55,471 nt of DNA, from the NCBI RefSeq assembly GCF_018977255.1, contig NW_024705305.1, positions 1 to 55,471 on the forward strand, read 5' to 3'. The notes beneath the pieces are model-generated. The model was not told the origin of the DNA, did no database searches, and worked only from the letters and a program-made list of their open reading frames with translations. Below are positions 35,741 through 48,062 of the stretch, piece by piece; the stretch's first letter is position 1, and the number at the start of each line of letters is the position of its first letter. The DNA is from Callorhinchus milii. Taxonomy: Eukaryota. Position numbers and translations under genes: made by a program.

Positions 35741-37867
35741 CAATTGTAATGACTCCGAACTCATACTGCAGAGGATTCTTTTATTTAGCCTTTAACGCAG
35801 TTTCAGACCCCAGGCGTCACGATATAGCAACGACGACGACGAGACAGCAACCAGCCAACACAGCCCCAAACCTCGTTCCTCCCCCTCTCTCATTCTCGGC
35901 GTGAACCTCCGCCCACACTTGGTCTCGCCTTCCCTTCTCGAACTCTCTCTATCTTGTTGTCACCACTTGTCCCTTAGTTGACGCACTGTCTTTACATCAC
36001 CCACCTCTATGACCTCTACCTGACCCCGCCATGGGCGGAGCAACTTGGGGGATTTTCCCGGTGGCACCTGTGGGCAATACAACCATGCCCTGTCCCCCAC
36101 TGCCCATGGAAGCACGTGTTCCCGCCGCCCCGAGTTCTTTTCATTAGCGGATTGCGCTCTGGTGGGGAAAGGTCCTCGTTATGAATCGTTTCGCAACGTT
36201 CAGGTCCAGAATACCGAAGTATACCGGGAATCACCTGTACTAAAAAACACGTAAACTGATAACACTATAAACAATAACACTAAACATTAAACGACAAAAA
36301 ACCTAGCAACTGGTTTTATAATTTATACCACCATAAACGGAGGTACGGTATTTTAATTTCATTAGAAGTATTATAATGGAACTCTACACATGTTTGTTAA
36401 TTGTCCGTTCAATCGAACCGACGGTCGGATATGTGAACTGTGGGGGTCGAGGGTAAGAATCGCATTCAAATTTTAGAATAACAATATGGTCGTTTTAGCA
36501 AATTACTGTACTTGAATGTTACGTGCAAATGCAAATTGTTAGTCGTAAATGCGAGGGAGGGGTTAAGAGGTGCACGTTTAATCCAGTGTTAACATTTATT
36601 TTAGCATCATATTTAACGACACTGTTGTTGATAAGAATTCGTCTGGACATGGCACGTGCCTTGTTCTACTCGATCAACCAAAATTAGTACAATGTCGGTC
36701 ATACAGGAGTGTGATTTCATTCATGAGTAGCATTCACACAGCCCCGATGACACTAACCTACCTAAAGTTATGGTTAAACAAAGTAATCTTGAGTGACTTA
36801 ATTCTCAGCTCAGACATGATCATCGCAATCATTTCCAAAGACGTGTGGGGTCCTGCGAGAGCAGGTCCCGACTACAAACAGCTGGGCAGCAGAATCGGAA
36901 GTAGCTGCGTCGCCCTCGAAATGTGATGTTGCTGCTGTTGTTGCTGCTGTAGTTGCTTCTGTTGCTGTAATAAACGCAGGGAGGTGGTGTTCCGTGATGG
37001 GATGACGCCTTTGATTAAAGCCTCTGATCAAACTCACCCGATTGACGCCCTTGATCGTCGCATTTGATCAACTCTGATATTGTATACTCTCACATGTTAA
37101 GCTCTATCATAGTGAAACATAATATTATAACCTATGAACTACAACCTATCCATTGTAATGCTGTAAAAGAATATTACCCTTTGGGTTTCACTCCCTCGTC
37201 GAGAAGGCCGCTCTCTTCCTTTTCTAAAGTTACATGCTAATTTCTCTGCATTCACTTTAAATCGAGGACAAAGTTTTTCCATTTATTCAAAATAAGCGCA
37301 CAATTACACACTGAGATGCACTTACATATTCATGCATGAAGCACAATGGGCACATTACCCTTCGGTATGTTAATAGACATGCGGATTGTACCTTCCAAAA
37401 TTAACAATCGAATGCAAATATCCTGAAAGACAAAGGATTGGATCCTAGGGGGGGAGTTATAAGGCGGCTCAGAAGCAGAGCTCAATGCCATTTCGAGAGG
37501 GAACTTGATGAGGTTGGACGCTCGACTCGTCGCTCTGCTGATCGCCCTTCAACCGCGAGACAACGCAGCCTGGCGAGCACAATTGCTGTGTCGACAGTTA
37601 GGCGACTTTGCGTCGGGAGAGTTCGTGGCGACATCTTCAGACGGGTTCCAGACATCGATATACCGTGAATCTCCAAGTAAGTGTCTATTTTCGCGGATAA
37701 ACTCTTAAACGTGTTCGTCAAATTTACGGGATTTTTTTGCGTCTCGGTTAGACGCGAGTGTCGTTCTTGTTTTAGCAGTTAACAAAATCAAAAACTCAAC
37801 GCTAAACATCCTTGCGGCCGATAGCGTACTTTTGACTCGATAACACCGCTGCTGTTACTACGCTCAC

Positions 37868-38383
37868 ATGGAGCAGAGACGCTCTCCACAGCCCCACGTA
37901 CACGGAGGCAAGAAGCCATTCAATTGCTCTGTGTGTGGGAAGTCCTTTTCATGGCCATCACATCTTCAGAGACACCAGAGAACACACACGGGCGAGAAGC
38001 CATTCATGTGCTCTGTGTGTGGGAAGACATTTGCACAGTCATCACATCTTCAGAGTCATCAGAGAACACATACGGGCGAGAAGCCATTCCTGTGCCATGT
38101 GTGTGGGAAGGCATTTGCAGACTCATCAACTCTTCAAACTCATCAGAGAACACACACGGGCGAGAAGCCATTCCTGTGCCCTGTGTGTGGGAAGGCATTT
38201 TCACAGTCATCATCCATGAACAGGCATCAGAAGGTCCACAATGATTGGAAACTGAAATCAAAAGCTGAAATTCAAGGTGCTGCAATGAGTCCTGAAGAAG
38301 TTTCCACCTTCGATCCCATGCAGTTGGATCCCGAGAGATGGCTGGATGTAATGGAGTGGCTCGAGGATCAAACCGAGAGCTAG
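37868..38383 (+). CDS. Small C2H2 ZNF family copy D, intact, 171 aa, 4 fingers plus acidic/Trp tail
   Basis: Clean ORF; TATAAG at 37458; GTAAGT...TTTTAG intron at ~37677-37775; AATAAA at ~38906. Confidence 0.92.
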   Translation: MEQRRSPQPHVHGGKKPFNCSVCGKSFSWPSHLQRHQRTHTGEKPFMCSVCGKTFAQSSHLQSHQRTHTGEKPFLCHVCGKAFADSSTLQTHQRTHTGEKPFLCPVCGKAFSQSSSMNRHQKVHNDWKLKSKAEIQGAAMSPEEVSTFDPMQLDPERWLDVMEWLEDQTES

Positions 38384-41300
38384 TGGTGACTGAAATATAA
38401 TGTTGCATGCGGTTATATTTGTGTGTAATTCTGAACCTTTAGTTTTACAGTTCGTTTGAGAGTTTCTTGACGTGCAGGTGTTGATTTGTGATGTTATCAG
38501 ATTACTTGATGAAGTGGTGTGATGAGCAGTGGTTGTGAGATGGTTCAATTCCCGTTAATATTGTAGTGTTTAAGTCTTTCTGTTGAGCTAAAGTTGGAAT
38601 GCATCTCGAGTTAGATCTTTACTCAACATTTTAAACGGGTTTATTTTCAAGTATAAAGCTTTTTTTGGTTGGTAATAATCGACTTTAGGATGTACATTGA
38701 TGACGCGTTCGTTGGATATTTGGCCTTGACTTCAACATAGACGCACAGTGAACAAACGTGGTGAACTAATAAGGAAATCATGGGGAATGATACTTTAACG
38801 CTTTGGTATTCCTGGAACGGATATGGTTTACATTGTATTGTAACTGTTTGAACATAGGACATAATACATTCGGGTCGAGTTTTGACTTAAAAATGATTGC
38901 AGATGAATAAAAAAGTTTGTTTCAACAAATGTGTGTCCGTTTATTTATTCATATCAACAACGTGTTTTAAGCGAGTTTCAGGTGGAGGATCTTCGTCACA
39001 CAAATCTGCCCTTAACCGGCAGTCTCCCCATTAACATGTGTTCCTGGAGGGGAAAGGGCCCCATTATAAATCTATTCACAACGTTACGGTCCCTAATCAT
39101 CAAGTATACAGGGAATCCTGTACGCTATGACACGTGAACTGTAACACTATAAACGATAACACGAAACATTAAAATACTATAAACTAGTTTAATCATTTAT
39201 AACACCAAAAACAGAGGTACGGTATTATAATCTCATTTCAAGTATTAGAATTACAATGTGATTGTATTAGAATCACACTCTGCGCATATGAATGTGTAGT
39301 GTACGTGCAAGCGAACTGTGCTCGTATGTACGAATGTAATATGCATCTATGGCCTTTGGACATGCGAACCGGTGGTCGAATATGCGAATTGGGGGGTGCA
39401 GGATTATGATCGGATTAAAACGATTAGAATATCACTTTGGTAGTATTAGAATAACACTGAGCTAGAATGTATGTTAAATGTAGATGCACATCGGGAGTCG
39501 TTAATGCGGCCTGGGTGGTGCCAGATTTAGAATCGCATCAAAATTATTAAAATCGCACCATGGTCGTATTAGAATCAAGCTGCCCACTGCTGGTAGAATG
39601 TTCCATCGCAATGGCACCGAATAGCAATATACAGCATTGATATTGGGCGTGGAGCCTACAAGCGCAACCTTGCGCATTTTGACCTGGTTCTCGACGCCCG
39701 TCCCGCGCCCATGGTAGAATCTTGTGCATGTCGGGGCGTCAAGGGTTCGCACCACAGCCTTGAAGGATTAGGCAGGTCCCTGGCTTCTTTTGAAGAATAT
39801 GACCAGGCTCCAGGCACCGGTTCCTCGCACGTGGCGGATCCTTGAGGCACCCCGGGCCTCAGGGGCTCAGAAACTGTGGGCGCCACAACACATTTCCTTT
39901 TGGCGTACGGTTTCCGTTGCCGAGCGCCCCACCACGTCGGACACACCAGACTTGGCCTGTACAGGACATGGGGATGAGCTGTCTGGGTGGGGACGGACAT
40001 AACTACATGCGTACACACTGCGGCCATTTCACCTCTATGACTTCTACCTGTCGCCGCCGTGGGCGGAGCAACTTGGTGGACGTACCCGGTGTCACCTTTG
40101 GGCAACACAACCTGTCTACGACCGCTCATGGAAGCACGTGTTCCCGCCGCCCCGTGTTCTTTTAATTAGCGGCTTGCGCTCTGGCAGGGAAAGTTCCTCG
40201 TTGTAAATCGTTTCACAACGTTCTGGTCCCGAAACCCGAAGTATACGGGGGATCACCTGTACTCTATAACATGTAAACTGATAACACTATGAACAATAAC
40301 ACTAAACATTCAACGACTTTAATTTTTTTAAATAATAGATTCCACCATAAACGGAGTTACGGTATGAGAATGTCATTAGAAGCATTTTAATCGCTCATAT
40401 GTATGTAAAGTGTAGGTTCAATCGAATCGGGGGACGGATATGCGAACTGTGGGGGTTTGCAGGGTTAGAATCGCATTAAAATTATTCTAGTAACAATATG
40501 TTCGTATGCGCATTTTACTGTGCTTGAATATATGTTATGTGCAAATGCGAATCGTTAGTCATAAATGCTAGGCAGGGTTTAAAATGTGCATGTTTAATCC
40601 AGTGTTAACGTTAATCCAGTGTTAGCATTATATTTAAGGACAATATTGTTAATATCAATTCGTCTGGACATGGCACGTGCCTTGTTCGTCTCGATCAACC
40701 AAAATTAGTACAATGTCGGTCATAAAGGTGTGCGAGTTCATTCATAAGCAGTATTCGCTGATCCCCGATGACACAGACCTATACACACAAACAAAGTACT
40801 CTTTATTAAATTAATTATCAGCTCAGACATCATCATCTCAATCATTTCCAAAGACGTGTGGGGTCCCGCGAGAGCAGGGCCTGGCAACAAATATCTGAGC
40901 AGCGGAAGCAGCAGAATCAGAAGTAGCTGCGTCGCCCTCGAAATGTGATGTTGCTGCTGCTGTATTTGCTTCTGCGTCGATCAAGATTGACGCTCTTGAT
41001 CAACTCTGACATTGTAAACTCTCACATGTTAAACTCTAACATAGTGAAATATAATATTATAACCTATGAACTACAACCTAGCCATTGTTACGCTTTAAAA
41101 TACGATTAACTGTTATAGTGCAGAACCACATAATTGGAGGTGTGGGATTATAATCGCATACTAATCATTAGAATCGCACTGAGCTAATTAGAATCACACT
41201 GTGGTTGTACGTATGGTAAGTTAATATGACAACCGGGGGTAGGATATGCAGGATTAGAATCGAATTACAATTATTCGAATCCCACTCGTATTAGAATCAC

Positions 41301-42607
41301 ACTTTCCACTGTTGGATGAATGTGTCGTATCAATGGAATCGAATAGCCATATAAGTATATACAGTATACACAAATAAAGAGTATAACAAACACACATTGT
41401 AACATAGATACAATACACATTATTTTAAAAACGTATTTACAAATATATATTCCACTTTTTTAAACTCAGAATGTCGTCGTTCATGTGGGGAGATGGAGCG
41501 CAGTGGATCGTATCGTCGAAGCTGCTTTTCGGAATCCGTGTGATAACCCAGTCACATCGCCTAACTCCAGTGACAGCACCTTACCCAAGCTACATCTCCC
41601 CAACAAGGCAGCCTTACCGATGCTGTGTATTGTGTTTCGGGATAACAGAGGTGTGTATTATCCCATGCGCCTTGCCCAAAAAGACTGATTGTCCGCTTAA
41701 CAGCCTAGCCTGTAAACCACAATTGGTGATAGTGTTGTTTGAGAGCAGCTATTAAAGTCGTTTTGGCAAACGAGGTGGTGGCTGGCCAAACCATGCCTCG
41801 CTGTTTGTCTCCGGAGTTATGACGGATACAAACCAGACCAAGCGGAGACCATGTACCAGATCGGATTTTGGTTACTGATGTTAGAGTGATTGTATTGCAA
41901 GTGTGGTCACTACGCGTCTGTATGTGCTCACACACGAAGCTCGGCGATTTTTGGCAACGCCACGGGGCTGCATTCACTTTAAATCGAGGAAAATGGAGGG
42001 CATGGGGAACGTGTTTTTCCATTTATTCAAAATAAGCGCATAATTACACACCGAGATGCACTTACATATTCATGCATGAAGCACAATGGGCACATTACCC
42101 TTCGGTATGTTAATAAACATGCGGATTGTACCTTCCAAAATAACAATCGAATGCAAATATCCTGAAAGACAAAGGATTGGATCCTAGGGGGGGAGTTATA
42201 AGGCGGCTCAGAAGCAGAGCTCAATGCCATTTCGAGAGGGAACTTGATGAGGTTGGACGCTCGACTCGTCGCTCTGCTGATCGCCCTTCAACCGCGAGAC
42301 AACGCAGCCTGGCGAGCACAATTGCTGTGTCGACAGTTAGGCGACTTTGCGTCGGGAGAGTTCGTGGCGACATCTTCAGACGGGTTACAGACATCGATAT
42401 ACCGTGAATCTCCAAGTAAGTGTCTATTTTCGCGGATAAATCTTAAACGTGTTCGTCGTCAAATTACGGGATTTTTTTGCGTCTCGGTTAGACGCGAGTG
42501 TCGTTCTTGTTTTAGCAGTTAACAAAATCCAAAACTCAACGCTAAACATCCTTGCGGCCGATAGCGTACTTTTGACTCGATAACACCGCTGCTGTTACTA
42601 CGCTCAC

Positions 42608-43708
42608 ATGGAGCAGAGACGCTCTCCACAGCCCCACGCACACGGAGGCAAGAAGCAATTCAATTGCTCTGTGTGTGGGAAGGCATTTTCACGGCCATCA
42701 CATCTTCAGAGACACAAGAGAACACACACGGGCGAGAAGCCGTTCCTGTGCCCTGTGTGTGGGAAGACATTTGCACACTCATCACATCTTCAGAGTCATC
42801 AGAGAACACACACGGGCGAGAAGCCATTCCTGTGCCCTGTGTGTGGAAGCATTTGCACAGTCATCACATCTTCAGAGTCACCAGAAAACACACACGGGCG
42901 AGAAGCCATTCCTGTGCCCTGTGTGTGGGAAGACATTTGCAAACTCATCACATCTCAGAGTCATCAGAGAACACACACGGGCGAGAAGCCATTCCTGTGC
43001 CCTGTGTGTGGGAAGACATTTGCACACTCATCACATCTCAGAGTCACCAGAGAACACACACGGGCGAGAAGCCATTCCTGTGCCCTGTGTGGGGAAGACA
43101 TTTGCACAATCGACACTCTTCAAACCATCAGAGAACACACACGGGCGAGAAGCCGTTCCTGTGCCCTGTGTGTGGGAAGACATTTGCACAGTCATCACAT
43201 CTTCAGAGTCACCAGAGAACACACACGGGCGAGAAGCCGTTTCTGTGCCTGTGTGTGGGAAGACATTTGCACACTCATCACATCTTCAGAGTCACCAGAG
43301 AATACACACCGGCGAGAAGCCATTCCTGTGCCCTGTGTGTGGAAAGGCATTTGCACACTCGTCAACTTGTCAAGACCATCAGAGAACACATACGGGCAAG
43401 AAGCCATTCCTGTGCTCTGTGTGTAGGAAGACATTTGCAAAGTCATCACATCTTCAAAGTCACCAGAGAACACACACGGGCGAGAAGCCATTCTTGTGCC
43501 CTGTGTGTGGGGAGGCATTTGCACACTCATCAAACATGAACAGGCATCAGAAGGTCCACAATGATAGGAAACTGAAATCAAAAGCTGAAATTCAAGGTGC
43601 TGCAATTGGTCCTGAAGAAGTTTCCACATTCGATCCCATGCAGTTGGATCCCGAGAGATGGCTGGATGTAATGGAGTGGCTCGGGATCAAACCGAGAGCT
43701 CGGAGTGA
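42608..43708 (+). pseudogene. Small C2H2 ZNF family copy E, 11 fingers, multiple small deletions as assembled
   Basis: Eleven ~84-bp finger units over three frames; family start and tail present; TATAAG at 42197. Confidence 0.75.
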
Positions 43709-46191
43709 CTGAAAAAATATTATGTCAGGTGGTTATACCTATTAAGCCGTATCGAGTACTTTTTGGTTATAATTTTGACCATTTACAGTTTTTGACGTGC
43801 ACAGTGGTGGTTTGTAATGTTATCGGATTACTTGCCGAAGTGGTGTGATGAGCACTGGTTGTGAGACTGTTCAATTGTAGTCGTTAAGTGTTCCTGTTGA
43901 GCTAAAGTTGGAATGCGTATGTAGGTACATCTTTACTCAACATTTTAAACGTTTTTTTTCAAGTATAAAGCTTTTTTATTGGTATTAATCAACTTTAGAT
44001 AGCCGATTTCAGGATGTACATTGATGACGCGTTCGTTGGATATATGGCCTTGACTTCAACATAGACGCACAGTGAACAAATGTGGTGAACTAATAAGGAA
44101 ATCATGGGGAATGATACTTTAACGCTTTGGTATTCCTGGAACGGAAATGGTTTGCATTGTACTGGAAATGTAATAAATATTCCCTTCGAGTTTTCACGTA
44201 AAAATGATTGCAGATGAATAAAAACGTATTTTTAACAAATGTTCTTTATTTTATAATGTTCCTAGCAAAAACATGTTAAGCGAGTTTCAGGTGGAGGATC
44301 TCCGTCACACAAGTGTGCCCTTAACCGGCAGCATCTTGGCTGTCTACGCGATTAACACGTGTTCCTTGAGGGGAAAGGTCCCCGTAGTTAATCGCTCATC
44401 AACCTACCAGTCCCTAATTCCCGAAGTATGTCGGGGATAAACTGTACTCTATAACATGTAAACTGTAATACTATAAACGATAACACTAAACATTAAACGA
44501 TTATAAACTAGTGTTTTAATTTATAACCATATAAACGGAGATAAGGTATTATAATATCATTAGAAGCATTAGAATCACAGTGTGGTCGTATAAGAATCAC
44601 GCACAAACCCATTCTTAACTCATGAGATTCTGAATCTTTACGATTTTATAACAATCACAAATTGTAACAAAGCGAAATTCCAACAAGCAAAACACCACGC
44701 TCACATGACGTATTCTTAAACAAATTGCAACACTCAAGTGACAGAACTCAACATAAAAACGCCGCAATTAAAAGAACAACATCAGTAGACAAATCCTAAA
44801 AACAGACAACACAGGCACGTTAGTAGCTGTTAGAAGAAGACAACACCTAGCACCTTCAACTATACACATCATACAGCCAACTCGTAAATGGCGCGGTATA
44901 TGACAGCCTTCAATGCTGTCGATGGGGACAAGCAGCGAGTGTTTAACTCCATTGTTTCAGAATCCGTGTCATCACCCGGCCACAGCGCCTTAGCCAAACT
45001 ACATCTCCCCAACAAGGCAGCCTTCCCTATGCTGTGTATTTTAGCAATATATTTACGGACGCACTTGAAAATAACAATTCGTCTAGAAAAGGCAGGCGAC
45101 TTGTTCTACCAACACGATATCAAATTTCTATCCGAAAGAAGTATGAGTTCATTCATGAGTAGTATTCACTAAGCACCGATGACACTAACCTACACACAGT
45201 TATGATTAAACAAAGTAAACATTAGTCGCTCATCCCAGCTCAGACATGATCATAGCAATTATTTCCAAATCCGTGTCGGGTCCCACGAGAACAGGGCACG
45301 GCCACAAACTCTCAGATTGAAGAAGTCGCTGCTTTGCCATCGAATGGTTTCGTAGCTGCTGTAGTTGCTTCTGTTACTGTTATATACGCAGCATGTTGGT
45401 GTCCCGTGATGGGATGACGTCTTTGATCAAAAACTATGATCGAACCTACCAGACCAACGCCATCGATCGACGTCTTGGATATACTCTCACATTGTAAATT
45501 CTCACACTGTGAACTTTAACATTATGAACTTCAACAATGGTAACTTAAAAACATTCACATATACATTTGAAGAATCTTCAAATTACTGTAAACTAGTATG
45601 TGAACTCTAACAATATAACCTATGAGCTATACATTATAACGCTATACAATAACATTATTAACTAGTGTTATAGATTACAACAACCTACCTTGAAGTGTGA
45701 TTTTCGAATCGCATTCGAATTATTCGAGTCACTCCGTGGTCCTCTTCGAATCACACTACGGTCGTAAGTATGTAACATGTATGTATGGAACATATCTGTT
45801 TGTAGTAAGTATATGTGCATGTAACATGTATGCATGTAACATGTATGTATGTAACATGGTACATGCATGTATGTAACATGTATGTATGTAATATGGACGT
45901 GCGAACCAAGGATGTGATATGTGAAACGGAAGGTGCAGGATCAGGATGGGATTAAAATTACTTGAATAACACTTTGGTGGTATTAGGATCAAGCTGTCCA
46001 CTGCGGGATGAATGTTCCATCTCAATGGAATCAAATAACAATATTCAGTATGAATATGTTCAATAATCGCACAAACCCAATATTAGCCCGTGAAATTATG
46101 AATCGTTGCAATTGTAATGACTTGTTTGATAAAAGTATTTAATCAAAGTTTGTTATCCCATCACGGAACACCACTGGAACTGAAGCATATT

Positions 46192-46342
46192 AAGCAGCAA
46201 CAGCAGCAACAACAGCAGCAGCAGCAGCAACAGCAGAAGCAGCAGCAACTGCAGCAGCAGCAGAAACTGCAGCAGCAGCAGCAACTGCAGCAGCAGCAAC
46301 TACAGCAACAGCAGCAACTGCAGCAGCAGCAACTGCAGCAAC
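46192..46342 (+). repeat. (CAG/CAA/CTG)n tract
   Basis: Seen directly; longer versions at ~50568-50755 and ~54969-55157. Confidence 0.9.
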
Positions 46343-47303
46343 ACAAGTCTGACATTAACCGGCAACGTCTTGGCTGTCTCCACCATCAACATGTGTTCCT
46401 AGAGGGGAAAGGTCCCTGTTATAAATAGTTTAGCAACGTTCCTTTCGCTAATTCCGAAGTATACTGGAGATCACTTGTACTCTAAAACATGTAAACTGTA
46501 ACGCTTTAAAGAGAGCATTAAACATTAAACGAATATAAACAAGTTTAAGCGGAGACCATGTACCAGATCGGATTTTGGTTACTGATGTTAGAGTGATTGT
46601 ATTGCAAGCGTCTGTACGTGCTCACTCCCGAAGCTTGGCGGTTTTTGGCAACGCCACGGGGCTGCATTCACTTTAAATCGAGGACAATGGAGGGCATGGC
46701 GAACGTGTTTATCCATTTATTCAAAATAAGCGCATAATTACACACTGAGATGCACTTACATATTCATGCATGAAGCACAAAGGACACATTACCCTTCGGT
46801 ATGTTAATAGACATGCGGATTGTACCTTCCAAAATTAACAATCGAATGCAAATATCCTGAAAGACAAAGGATTGGATCCTAGGGGGGGAGTTATAAGGCG
46901 GCTCAGAAGCAGAGCTCAATGCCATTTCGAGAGGGAACTTTATGAGGTTGGACGCTCGACTCGTCGCTCTGCTGATCGCCCTTCAACCGCGAGACAACGC
47001 AGCCTGGCGAGCACAATTGCTGTGTCGGCAGTTAGGCGACTTTGCGTCGGGAGAGTTCGTGGCGACATCTTCAGACGGGTTCCAGACATCGATATACCGT
47101 GAATCTCCAAGTAGGTGTCTATTTTCACGGATAAACTCTTAAACGTGTTCGTCGTCAAATTAGCGGGATTTTTTGCTTCTCGGTTAGACGCGAGTGTCGT
47201 TCTTGTTTTAGCTGTTAACAAAATCCAAAACTCAACGCTAAACATCCTTGCGGCCGATAGCGTACTTTTGACTCGATAACACCGCTGCTGTTACTTCGCT
47301 CAC

Positions 47304-48062
47304 ATGGAGCAGAGACGCTCTCCACAGCCCCACGTACACGGAGGCAAGAAGCCATTCAATTGCTCTGTGTGTGGGAAGACATTTTCATGGCCATCACATC
47401 TTCAGAGACACCAGAGAACACACACGGGCGAGAAGCCGTTCATGTGCCCTGTGTGTGGGAAGACATTTGCACATTCATCACATCTTCAGAGTCACCAGAG
47501 AACACACACGGGCGAGGGGCCGTTCCTGTGCCCTGTGTGTGGGAGAACATTTGCACGTCTCCTCTTCAGAGTCACCAGAGAACACACACGGGCGAGCCGC
47601 TCTGTGTGTGGGAAGACATTTGCACACTCATCACATCTTCAGAGTCACCAGAGAATACACACCGGCGAGAAGCCATTCCTGTGCCCTGTGTGTGGAAAGG
47701 CATTTGCACACTCGTCAACTTGTCAAGACCATCAGAGAACACATACGGGCAAGAAGCCATTCCTGTGCTCTGTGTGTAGGAAGACATTTGCAAAGTCATC
47801 ACATCTTCAAAGTCACCAGAGAACACACACGGGCGAGAAGCCATTCTTGTGCCCTGTGTGTGGGGAGGCATTTGCACACTCATCAAACATGAACAGGCAT
47901 CAGAAGGTCCACAATGATAGGAAACTGAAATCAAAAGCTGAAATTCAAGGTGCTGCAATTGGTCCTGAAGAAGTTTCCACATTCGATCCCATGCAGTTGG
48001 ATCCCGAGAGGTGGCTGGATGTAATGGAGTGGCTCGGGGATCAAACCGAGAGCTCGGAGTGA
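47304..48062 (+). CDS. Small C2H2 ZNF family copy F, 252-aa ORF, 7 finger units (fingers 3-4 corrupted by compensating deletions)
   Basis: Open from MEQRR to ...WLGDQTESSE*. The segment [18 protein letters not shown] is a locally shifted frame. TATAAG at 46892. Confidence 0.8.
   Translation: MEQRRSPQPHVHGGKKPFNCSVCGKTFSWPSHLQRHQRTHTGEKPFMCPVCGKTFAHSSHLQSHQRTHTGEGPFLCPVCGRTFARLLFRVTREHTRASRSVCGKTFAHSSHLQSHQRIHTGEKPFLCPVCGKAFAHSSTCQDHQRTHTGKKPFLCSVCRKTFAKSSHLQSHQRTHTGEKPFLCPVCGEAFAHSSNMNRHQKVHNDRKLKSKAEIQGAAIGPEEVSTFDPMQLDPERWLDVMEWLGDQTESSE

Noticed and set aside
39656..40129. GVPQGS in a minus-strand ORF suggesting a LINE reverse transcriptase remnant (inverted relative at ~19540-19830)
   Set aside because: No following LxPxLF or YADD motif, and the paralogous copy does not preserve it; insufficient support.
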